From positions 1-36,797 of IMG/VR virus record IMGVR_UViG_3300044266_000375: a stretch of 36,797 nt of DNA. One strand, given 5' to 3'. The position numbers and the translations under genes were made by a program. Under the pieces are notes generated by a model. The model was not told the DNA's origin and searched no databases. It saw nothing but the letters and a program-made list of their open reading frames with translations. Within the stretch, counting starts at the first letter, position 1; each line of letters starts with the position of its first letter. This DNA is from a virus. Taxonomy: Duplodnaviria > Caudoviricetes. Shown here in pieces: positions 19,145 to 26,674 of the stretch.

Positions 19145-19287
19145 ACGACAAAATCAGCATCGACGTTTCCGTGTTGAACTCCGTGCTTGCGTACTTGGGC
19201 TCGCGCCCCTACCAAGAGGTGTTTCAACTGATTGCAATGATTCAAGACGCAGCAAAGCTCAAAGAGGACTCGAACGGACAATCATGA
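19141..19287 (+). CDS. Small hypothetical protein, 48 aa (absent from the ORF track)
   Basis: MNDKISIDVSVLNSVLAYLGSRPYQEVFQLIAMIQDAAKLKEDSNGQS; ATGA overlaps at both ends; GAGG Shine-Dalgarno. Confidence 0.7.
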   Translation: MNDKISIDVSVLNSVLAYLGSRPYQEVFQLIAMIQDAAKLKEDSNGQS

Positions 19288-19493
19288 GCGGAGAAATAGA
19301 CCCTGTTAAGTACGGCGTGCTTTGGCAGAAAGTCCAAGACCTCGACAAAAAAGTCGACAAGCTCGAACAAGGCATGGACGAACTGCTCGCTCTCGCCAAC
19401 AAAGGACGAGGCGGCTTCTGGGCTGGTATGGCGCTCGTTTCTGCCATCTCCTCGGCAGTGGGGTACTTCTCCAATTTCTTTCACAAAGGCTGA
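19284..19493 (+). CDS. Small coiled-coil protein with a C-terminal transmembrane segment (holin-like lysis accessory)
   Basis: Heptad coiled coil followed by hydrophobic GFWAGMALVSAISSAVGYF. Confidence 0.6.
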   Translation: MSGEIDPVKYGVLWQKVQDLDKKVDKLEQGMDELLALANKGRGGFWAGMALVSAISSAVGYFSNFFHKG

Positions 19494-19496
19494 TCG

Positions 19497-19760
19497 ATGA
19501 ATTGGCAAGATGTTCTCAAAGCGGTTATCCCTGTGGTCGTGGCGGCGCTGGCTTGGCTGCTGGGGCAGGTGTCGGAATTCTCGACGCGCCTGACCAAGAT
19601 TGAAGGCTCGATGCCAGCGTTGATTACCCCTGCTGGGACGCCGACTGATAGCCCAATCTCTGCCGAGGCGCGGCACAGACTGAAGGAGGAAATCTACAAA
19701 GACCTCCACGACCTGCAAGTCCGCGTGAAATTGATCGAAGAGCGTGCGAAAGGGAAATAA
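19497..19760 (+). CDS. Membrane-anchored small protein of the lysis cassette
   Basis: N-terminal hydrophobic helix (AVIPVVVAALAWLL) and a coiled-coil tail. Confidence 0.55.
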   Translation: MNWQDVLKAVIPVVVAALAWLLGQVSEFSTRLTKIEGSMPALITPAGTPTDSPISAEARHRLKEEIYKDLHDLQVRVKLIEERAKGK

Positions 19761-20158
19761 TGTTACCACTAGGTGCAATCCTCGACATCGGCAGCAAGAT
19801 TTTAGACAAAGTCTTCCCCGACCCAGCCGCTGCCGAAGCTGCTAAACTCAAGCTGCTCGAAATGCAGCAAAACGGCGAGCTGGCGCAATTGAATGCGGAC
19901 GTTTCGGAAGCGCATGAGTTGACCGACAGGCTCAAAGCTGATATGGGGTCGGATTCGTGGCTTTCCAAAAACATTCGCCCCATGACTCTGATTGCCATCC
20001 TGTCGGGATATTTCATATTCGCTTTCATGTCGGCTTTCGACAAAGACACCAACGAGCGCTACGTCGAGCTGCTTGGTCAGTGGGGTATGCTGATCATGTC
20101 GTTTTATTTCGGCGGTCGCACGCTTGAAAAGATCATCGACATGAAAGCCAAAAAATGA
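19760..20158 (+). CDS. Holin (GTA-type 3TM holin-like)
   Basis: SWLSKNIRP, two hydrophobic segments and FYFGGRT..K; ATGA overlap with the endolysin gene. Confidence 0.75.
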   Translation: MLPLGAILDIGSKILDKVFPDPAAAEAAKLKLLEMQQNGELAQLNADVSEAHELTDRLKADMGSDSWLSKNIRPMTLIAILSGYFIFAFMSAFDKDTNERYVELLGQWGMLIMSFYFGGRTLEKIIDMKAKK

Positions 20159-20595
20159 CCCAGCTCACCGAGCATTTCAGTCTTGAAGAGCTTACGCGCT
20201 CGGAAGTCGCGCTACGCAACGGCTGGGACAATACACCCAATGGCGATGAGGTGGCCAATCTCACGCGGCTAGCTCAGCTGCTGGAGCAGGTCAAAAAAGC
20301 GGTCGGCGGCAAACCCGTGATGATCAATTCTGGGTTCCGCTGCAAAAAAGTCAATGACGCTGTGGGCAGCAAAGACTCCAGCCAGCACAGACTCGGGTGC
20401 GCCGCCGATATACGTGTTCCTGGAATGACGCCGAAACAGGTGGTAGACGCCTGCATCGCAGCCCGAGTGCCTTTTGACCAGATAATTTTAGAGTTTGACG
20501 CCTGGACGCACATCAGTGTTTCCAATGCAGTGGGCAAAGACCTGCGGCACGCTCAGCTCATAATCGACAAAGATGGTACGCGAGCATACGCTTAA
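20155..20595 (+). CDS. Endolysin, peptidase M15A family (Zn-dependent)
   Basis: LTEHFSLEEL, INSGFRC, SQH..GCAADI and WTHIS supply the His/Asp/His zinc ligands. Confidence 0.85.
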   Translation: MTQLTEHFSLEELTRSEVALRNGWDNTPNGDEVANLTRLAQLLEQVKKAVGGKPVMINSGFRCKKVNDAVGSKDSSQHRLGCAADIRVPGMTPKQVVDACIAARVPFDQIILEFDAWTHISVSNAVGKDLRHAQLIIDKDGTRAYA

Positions 20596-20652
20596 ATTTA
20601 TGCTTTCTACGCCGAGCGGAGTTATAATGAAAGTTGAACAAAAGGTGTTTAA

Positions 20653-21288
20653 ATGACAACTGCATCGGTGATGACGTATGATTCGCTGACGGAGAACATC
20701 CAGAGCTATCTGGAGCGTACCGATGCTGCCACGCTCGACAAAATCCCGTTGTTTATCATGCTCGCAGAGCAGGTGATCGCGAGTGAAATAAAATTCCTCG
20801 GCAATCTTACCGTCAGCACGAGCTCGATGACGCAAGGCGTGTTCGTCATCGACAAACCCGTGCGCTGGCACAAAACAGTTTCGATGAATCTTTTGCTCGA
20901 TGGAAAACGTCAACCCATACTGCTGCGCAAGTACGAATACCTGCGTCAGTACTGGCCTGACCAAACGCAACAGACAACGCCCCTTTATTACGCAGACTAC
21001 GACTACACGCACTGGATCGTAGCTCCGACGCCCGCCGCTGCTTATTCATTCGAGGTGCTTTACTACGAGCGTGTACAGCCACTCGACAGCAGCAATCAGA
21101 CCAACTGGTTCACCGTTTACGCTCCCCAAGCGCTGCTCTATGGATCGCTGCTCCAAGCGATGCCATTCCTCAAAAACGACGAGCGCATCCCGCTGTGGCA
21201 AGCGCAATACGCTGCGATAATGCAGACGTTGAAAGCTGAAGACGTTTCCCGCATCGCCGATCGCCAAACCTTGGTCCTCGACACATGA
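20653..21288 (+). CDS. Probable tail adaptor (tail tubular protein A-like)
   Basis: MTYDSL...IQSYLER, FIMLAE, P.YYA, VAPTP and NW....PQALLYGSL; AAGG Shine-Dalgarno. Confidence 0.65.
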   Translation: MTTASVMTYDSLTENIQSYLERTDAATLDKIPLFIMLAEQVIASEIKFLGNLTVSTSSMTQGVFVIDKPVRWHKTVSMNLLLDGKRQPILLRKYEYLRQYWPDQTQQTTPLYYADYDYTHWIVAPTPAAAYSFEVLYYERVQPLDSSNQTNWFTVYAPQALLYGSLLQAMPFLKNDERIPLWQAQYAAIMQTLKAEDVSRIADRQTLVLDT

Positions 21289-22526
21289 CAATCTCTTTCA
21301 CCTCTCCGTTCACTGGCGATGTAATTCAGCCGACCGACGTCAGCTACGCTGCGTACACTCTCACTGGCGACCTTCAGCTGCAGTGGCCTTCCGCCGCTAC
21401 ACAAACGCAATACCCCACTGCGCGGATCATGGACATAACCGCCGCAACAACTGGCTACAGCCTCATCATGCCGCCAGCGAATCAGGTGTCGGTTGGTCAG
21501 GATGCGCTGATCCGTTGTTTGGGTTCAGCGTTCACGGTCAAAAACTACACCGGCGGAACAATCTGCACGGTGAACTCCAGCAACGCTCAGTACATATACC
21601 TCACCAACAACAGCAACACGACTGGCACTTGGGGAGTTCTCGGATTCGGCACCGGCACTTCCTCTGCGGACGCTGCCACGCTCGCTGGCTACGGTTTGTT
21701 GGCGATCTCCAGCACGCTCAACCAAAGTCACCCCGCTGCTGGCGTCACGAGCCCATACACCCCAGCAACTTCCGACCGAGCGCAAACAAAAGTTTGGTCG
21801 GGCGGTGCTGGAACAGGTTCTCTGCCGACAGCTTCAACGCTCGGCAACAACTGGTTCACTCTTTTCAAAAACAACGGCACGGGGACATTCACATTCAGCT
21901 GCTCTGGCAGTGAACTGATCGATGGCGCTTCCACGCTTTCTTTCAACCCGAATGAGTCGGCTTTTATCGTCTGTACTGGTACGGGTTATGTAACGATCGG
22001 GTACGGAAAGAGCTCGACGTATGCTTTCAATGTCTTGACCTATCCGGTCACGGGCGGGTCTTACTCTCTGACCGCCAGTCAAGCTGGAAATCTGATCCAA
22101 GAATACGTCGGCACACTTGTTTCGAATGTGACGGTGACTTACCCGCCGGTCGTCAATTTGTATGTCGTTTCTAACCAAACTGTTGACGCTGGTCACACCC
22201 TTACCGTTACCACCGGTGTTAGCGGATCTGCTTCCGCTGTTATTCCTCCGGGTCAGCAAGCAACGCTCGTTTGCGACGGCACGAATTTCTTCAACGCCAA
22301 CACCGTTCAAGCTGGTGCAACTTCGCTGAACTTGATAAACGGGACAGTCACCACCCCTGCGATAAACTTCGCTGCAGAAACCAACACGGGTATTTGGCGC
22401 AGTGGCACTGGAGAGTTCGACATCGCGATCCTCGGAACGAATCGTTTCGCCTTGACTGCCTCTGGGCTGAATGTCGCTGGTACGGGCAATTTCACCTCTG
22501 GGATTTCTGGAGGCACGTTTACATGA
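21285..22526 (+). CDS. Tail structural/fibre-attachment protein
   Basis: T/G/S-rich with three similar beta modules (e.g. FIVCTGTGY, TLVCDGTNF); ends GISGGTFT; ATGA overlaps. Confidence 0.6.
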   Translation: MTISFTSPFTGDVIQPTDVSYAAYTLTGDLQLQWPSAATQTQYPTARIMDITAATTGYSLIMPPANQVSVGQDALIRCLGSAFTVKNYTGGTICTVNSSNAQYIYLTNNSNTTGTWGVLGFGTGTSSADAATLAGYGLLAISSTLNQSHPAAGVTSPYTPATSDRAQTKVWSGGAGTGSLPTASTLGNNWFTLFKNNGTGTFTFSCSGSELIDGASTLSFNPNESAFIVCTGTGYVTIGYGKSSTYAFNVLTYPVTGGSYSLTASQAGNLIQEYVGTLVSNVTVTYPPVVNLYVVSNQTVDAGHTLTVTTGVSGSASAVIPPGQQATLVCDGTNFFNANTVQAGATSLNLINGTVTTPAINFAAETNTGIWRSGTGEFDIAILGTNRFALTASGLNVAGTGNFTSGISGGTFT

Positions 22527-24523
22527 CCGCCAAAGTCTTCTCTATAGACACCCTCCCTGGAGTTCAGCGAGACGGAACGGTACTGGACAAGAACTTCTAC
22601 ACAGACGGTCGTTGGGTTCGGTTCCAGCGCAAACGTCCTAGGAAAATCCTCGGTTTCAGAGAGATCGTCAACAATCTCGCTGGACCTTCTCGCGGCATTT
22701 ACCTGAACCCGCAGAACAATTTCAACAACGTCTACAGCGGCTATTCAGACGGGTTGCAGCTTTTGCCGATAACCAACACAGGGGTCGGCTCTGGAATCAC
22801 AGACATTTCACTGAGCAATTTCACGCCCAGCACTGACAATCTTTGGCAGTTCGACACCTACACCGACACAAACGGCTCGGGCAACCAGATCCTGCTCGCC
22901 CATCCTGGGCAGAATCTTTCCGACATCAACAACAGCACCAACACTCCTGTTCTGGGCAATGTCATCGGCTCAACGACAGCCAGTGCGATTGGTGTTTTCA
23001 CCATAGCCGCTACACTCAACTCCACGACCTCTGTGACGGTTACTTCCACCACACAAATTGGCGCAGGTCAGGTCGTGACGGGCACTGGCATCCCTGCCAA
23101 CACAACGGTAACAGTGGTCAACAATTCGACCACATTCACAATCTCCAACGCAGCTACGATTTCCGGCGCTTCAACGCTAACGATCGACAACCAGATCTCG
23201 GTTTCTGGCGGGGTGGTTGTGCTGCATCCGTATGTTTTTGTCTACGGCAACGCCGGACTGATCAAAAACTGTTCCGCTGGTAACATAAACGATTGGGTTT
23301 CTGCCGACGCAAACGAAACCAACGTCGCAACTGGCAAGATCGTGCAAGGGTTGCCGGTGCGTGGCGGAACGACTGCGCCTTCGGGTTTGTTTTGGTCGTT
23401 GGACTCGCTAATTCGAGTTTCCTACACTCCGACAACAATCACTAGCGGCGGGACTTCGTCAACCCTTTACTGGCGCTACGACCTGATCTCGAGCCAGTCG
23501 TCTATCCTTTCCAGCCAATGCGCCATCGAGTATGACGGGGTTTATTACTGGGTCGGCGTAGACCGGTTCTTGCTTTACAACGGTGTTGTGAAAGAAATAC
23601 CCAACGACTTCAATCAGAACTATTTCTTCGACAACCTCAACTACGCTCAGAGGGAAAAAGTCTACGCCACCAAAGTCCCGCGCTACGGCGAGATCTGGTG
23701 GTTCTATCCGAGAGGCGACTCGGTAGAGTGCAACGATGCAATCATTTACAATGTCCGTGAAGGGTGCTGGTATGACGCGGGTCAAGCCCTCGGCGCTCGT
23801 CGGTCGGCTGGTTACTTTTCGCAAGTTTTCCACTACCCGATCAATGCAAACTGGGAGTCCAACGCGACCGGCGCTGTGAATCTTTACAACATCAACAACG
23901 CTGGCACCGGCTACACCAACGGCACTTACACTCTAACAAGCCTCACGGGTGGTTCCGGCACCGGTGCTAAAGCCTCGTTCGTGGTTTCTGGGGGAGTTGT
24001 CACCAATTTCTCGATCGCAAGCCGAGGCACAGGATACAAAGTCGGCGACACCCTCGGCATAAGCCTTAGCACCGGCGGGACAGCTTTCAGCATGACGCTG
24101 ACTTACGTTATGACGTATGTTTCACTCTATCAGCACGAAATCGGCACCGATGCTGTCCGAGGCACGAGCGTGACTGCAATAGAAAGTTACTTCGAGACGA
24201 GTGACATTGGCTGGATCGGCGGTGGTCCTTCTCAAATAGCTCCAGAAGGACAGAACCGCTGGCTGCACCTGGAACGGGTTGAGCCTGATTTCGTTCAGTC
24301 TGGAACTATGCAACTTTACGTCGTCGGTCGACCTTTCGCTCAGGCTGCCGACAAAGTTAGTGCAGCTTACGATTTTGACCCGAGCACGAACAAGATCGAT
24401 ATGCGCGAACAGCGGCGAGAGCTACGGCTGAGATTCGTTAGCAACGTCCAAGGCGGCGACTATCAGCTCGGCAAAGTGATACTCAATGCAGACCTCGGCG
24501 ACGTGAGGGGTTATAATTCATGA
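22523..24523 (+). CDS. Probable tail nozzle (tail tubular protein B / P22 gp10-like beta-propeller)
   Basis: Likely ATG at 22523 (ATGA overlap); 666 aa; PGVQRDGT, WVRF, YYWVG..RFLLYNG.V, EIWWFYP and IIYNVRE..WY. Confidence 0.7.
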   Translation: MTAKVFSIDTLPGVQRDGTVLDKNFYTDGRWVRFQRKRPRKILGFREIVNNLAGPSRGIYLNPQNNFNNVYSGYSDGLQLLPITNTGVGSGITDISLSNFTPSTDNLWQFDTYTDTNGSGNQILLAHPGQNLSDINNSTNTPVLGNVIGSTTASAIGVFTIAATLNSTTSVTVTSTTQIGAGQVVTGTGIPANTTVTVVNNSTTFTISNAATISGASTLTIDNQISVSGGVVVLHPYVFVYGNAGLIKNCSAGNINDWVSADANETNVATGKIVQGLPVRGGTTAPSGLFWSLDSLIRVSYTPTTITSGGTSSTLYWRYDLISSQSSILSSQCAIEYDGVYYWVGVDRFLLYNGVVKEIPNDFNQNYFFDNLNYAQREKVYATKVPRYGEIWWFYPRGDSVECNDAIIYNVREGCWYDAGQALGARRSAGYFSQVFHYPINANWESNATGAVNLYNINNAGTGYTNGTYTLTSLTGGSGTGAKASFVVSGGVVTNFSIASRGTGYKVGDTLGISLSTGGTAFSMTLTYVMTYVSLYQHEIGTDAVRGTSVTAIESYFETSDIGWIGGGPSQIAPEGQNRWLHLERVEPDFVQSGTMQLYVVGRPFAQAADKVSAAYDFDPSTNKIDMREQRRELRLRFVSNVQGGDYQLGKVILNADLGDVRGYNS

Positions 24524-24768
24524 CAGTTCCTGTCGTTTATGACCCGCGCCATCTCTCTTGGAATGAGTGGGCTTCGCTCATGGTGGAAGCTTACGCTGGA
24601 CAGCAACTCTCCATTCCAGACAGCGAAGACAACTGGAAAGAGTGGGCTTCTGGGTTCAACGGCATTGGGCTTTTCGGGAATGACGGCGTGCCGAATCCGA
24701 ACAATTTTGCGACATGGCAAAGCTGGGCTGAAGCGCTCGTCGGCATTGTGGCCAACAGAATCCAATAA
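24520..24768 (+). CDS. Small Trp-rich protein with three WxxWA repeats
   Basis: WNEWA, WKEWA and WQSWA; ATGA overlap with the nozzle gene. Confidence 0.7.
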   Translation: MTVPVVYDPRHLSWNEWASLMVEAYAGQQLSIPDSEDNWKEWASGFNGIGLFGNDGVPNPNNFATWQSWAEALVGIVANRIQ

Positions 24769-24771
24769 GAG

Positions 24772-25059
24772 ATGAGCATGAATTTCTTAGATCTTTTCAA
24801 CGCTGTTGCAGAAGTCGCCAGACCGATTCACACAAAGTACACGCCTGTGCCGGACAAAGAGTCGATGATTGTTGACTTCGGCATGGACAGCCTTGATATG
24901 ATCATGGTTTCGGTTTTCATGTGCGAGCTGTTCGGTGTGCCCGAAGAGGTCGGCAAAGAGATGAACGCCAAAACGGTGCAAGAGATGGAAGACTTTATTT
25001 TCTCGCACAAGACACAGCAGCCTGATTCGATAGAAGCTGCTGTGGAGTATTGCAAATGA
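24772..25059 (+). CDS. acpP: Acyl carrier protein
   Basis: 95 aa and acidic. DFGMDSLDMIMV...ELFGV contains the phosphopantetheine-attachment Ser (Ser40, codon 24889-24891), followed by the typical KTVQEMEDFI last helix. Confidence 0.88.
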   Translation: MSMNFLDLFNAVAEVARPIHTKYTPVPDKESMIVDFGMDSLDMIMVSVFMCELFGVPEEVGKEMNAKTVQEMEDFIFSHKTQQPDSIEAAVEYCK

Positions 25060-26177
25060 GCATCTTCCTGACCGACTACCGCACAGCATGGACGCCGAAT
25101 GTCCGAATGGTTGGGGATATAAAGTACCCCCAGTCGGTGCACGTTTTCGAAGACACTTACAAACGCGTCTCCTCGGGGCTCGTTTATGTGCCGCACAAAG
25201 TCGCAGAGAAAGTGCTCGATCCAGAACTTTGCGAGCGGTTGCGTCAAGAAGACTGCAAAACAGCATTCATCCTAGCCAGTGGCAATGGTCACTTTGCAGG
25301 TATCGGCGCACGCCACTACGAAAACTCGCTGAGCTACACGTACAAGTTCTTGCCTTTTTCACTAACTCAAGTTTACGCAGGTCGAATCGCACAATCACTC
25401 GGTGCAGTGGATCAGATAACGACCGACGCAACTGCTTGCGCCTCATCGCTGAAAGTGATGATGGATGTGCAGAATCTCATCTGGACCTATCGGTTTGACC
25501 GCGTGATCGTGCTTTCGGTAGAAGATGGAGTTTCTAACTCTGTGTTGGATTTTTTCGGCGAAGCGCAAGCCTCACTCTCCTACGAAGAGGAAAACTCCGG
25601 CATCAAGCCTTCCGCTTTCGATAGCACTAACTATGGTTTCCGCATCGGGCAAGGCGCTGTGATGGCGATTTTCGAATCCGCTGCTTACTTGAAAAGGTCT
25701 GGCCACAAGCCCAAAGCGCAGCTGCTCGGCGCATACACTGCCTCTGAGAACTGCACCAATGCGATCGGACAGCGAGAAGACGGACAAGGATTCATCAACG
25801 CGATAAGTGGTGCGTTGGAAGTCGCTCGTGCTACGCCTGATGAAATTTCTGTGGTCAAAACTCATGGCACCGGCACCCGATCCAACAACGCCGCCGAGCG
25901 GCGTGCTATCGAAAAGATCGTGCCGAACTTCGTCGCTACTTCATACAAACCAACAATCGGACACACGATGGGTGTTTCTGGTCTGTTGGAGACCTGTTTG
26001 TTGCTCGATTCGATGGAAAAAGGCGTGGTCCCGAGAATAGAAAACCGCACAGAGCACGACTCGGTTTTCCTCTCCGAGGACAGAGAGTTCGACGGCAGTG
26101 CCGTTGTTTTGAGTCTCGCTGCAGGTATGGGTAATGTTTACTCAGCTGCTCTTTTCGACACGAGAGTTCCATCATGA
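25056..26177 (+). CDS. fabF: Beta-ketoacyl-ACP synthase (FabB/FabF-type; family-level call only)
   Basis: TACASS (Cys codon 25437-25439), KTHGTGT..N (His 25863-25865), SYK..IGHTMG (His 25962-25964), SAFD...GF.IGQGA and SLAAGMG. ATG at 25056 overlaps the ACP stop and has a GGAG Shine-Dalgarno. Confidence 0.92.
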   Translation: MSIFLTDYRTAWTPNVRMVGDIKYPQSVHVFEDTYKRVSSGLVYVPHKVAEKVLDPELCERLRQEDCKTAFILASGNGHFAGIGARHYENSLSYTYKFLPFSLTQVYAGRIAQSLGAVDQITTDATACASSLKVMMDVQNLIWTYRFDRVIVLSVEDGVSNSVLDFFGEAQASLSYEEENSGIKPSAFDSTNYGFRIGQGAVMAIFESAAYLKRSGHKPKAQLLGAYTASENCTNAIGQREDGQGFINAISGALEVARATPDEISVVKTHGTGTRSNNAAERRAIEKIVPNFVATSYKPTIGHTMGVSGLLETCLLLDSMEKGVVPRIENRTEHDSVFLSEDREFDGSAVVLSLAAGMGNVYSAALFDTRVPS

Positions 26178-26674
26178 TGGTTAACAGCAAACAGAAAATG
26201 CTCGATCCAATAGAGATCATACGCATTGCTCTGGAGAACACAAAATCTCAATACACAACCGAGGAAGGCATCGCAGCAATCATCGCTGAAACTCGCACCC
26301 CCAATGCTATCGCGATGCGTGAAGGCAACACTCTGTTCTTGATTCATTACGATCCAAAACGCAAAGACCACGGCATGTTCCGTGCATTGAACGCCGACAC
26401 CGCTGCCAACTACCTTCGCAACAGCGTGATGTTTATAAAAGCAGCGGGGCTGGCAGGGTTCAAAGTTCTCGTGAGCCAGTTCAAAGATCCAACCATACTA
26501 AACATTTTCAAATCTATCAGCCGCAATCCTCCTTTTCCAGGAATGGGTTACTCCGTTCAGCGCACAGAAGATAACGGCTACCAAGTCACTGTCAACCTAG
26601 GGCACGCAAAAGCCGCCGACAAAGGCGCTTTGCCAGCGCAACCGAAAAAGGAAACCGAAAAAGGAGCGCTGTAA
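26174..26674 (+). CDS. Hypothetical protein, possible GNAT-fold acyltransferase
   Basis: The ORF is well supported by ATGA and TAATG overlaps. The function is inferred from size, an apparent helix-helix-3 strands-helix-strand-helix-strands pattern (FIKAAGLAGFKVLVSQ), and position just before the first ejection-protein gene. Confidence 0.45.
   Translation: MMVNSKQKMLDPIEIIRIALENTKSQYTTEEGIAAIIAETRTPNAIAMREGNTLFLIHYDPKRKDHGMFRALNADTAANYLRNSVMFIKAAGLAGFKVLVSQFKDPTILNIFKSISRNPPFPGMGYSVQRTEDNGYQVTVNLGHAKAADKGALPAQPKKETEKGAL

Noticed and set aside
22271-22522. Upstream extensions given by the ORF track (22271; also 8819, 3806, 31892, 25050, 33958)
   Set aside because: They overlap upstream genes more than necessary; downstream ATGs that abut or overlap the previous stop are more plausible starts.
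24772-26177. ACP/KS as host contamination, a prophage boundary or a chimeric join
   Set aside because: The genes are linked to phage genes by overlapping or near-abutting stop/start codons on both sides, no other fab-operon genes are present, and I see no obvious compositional break.
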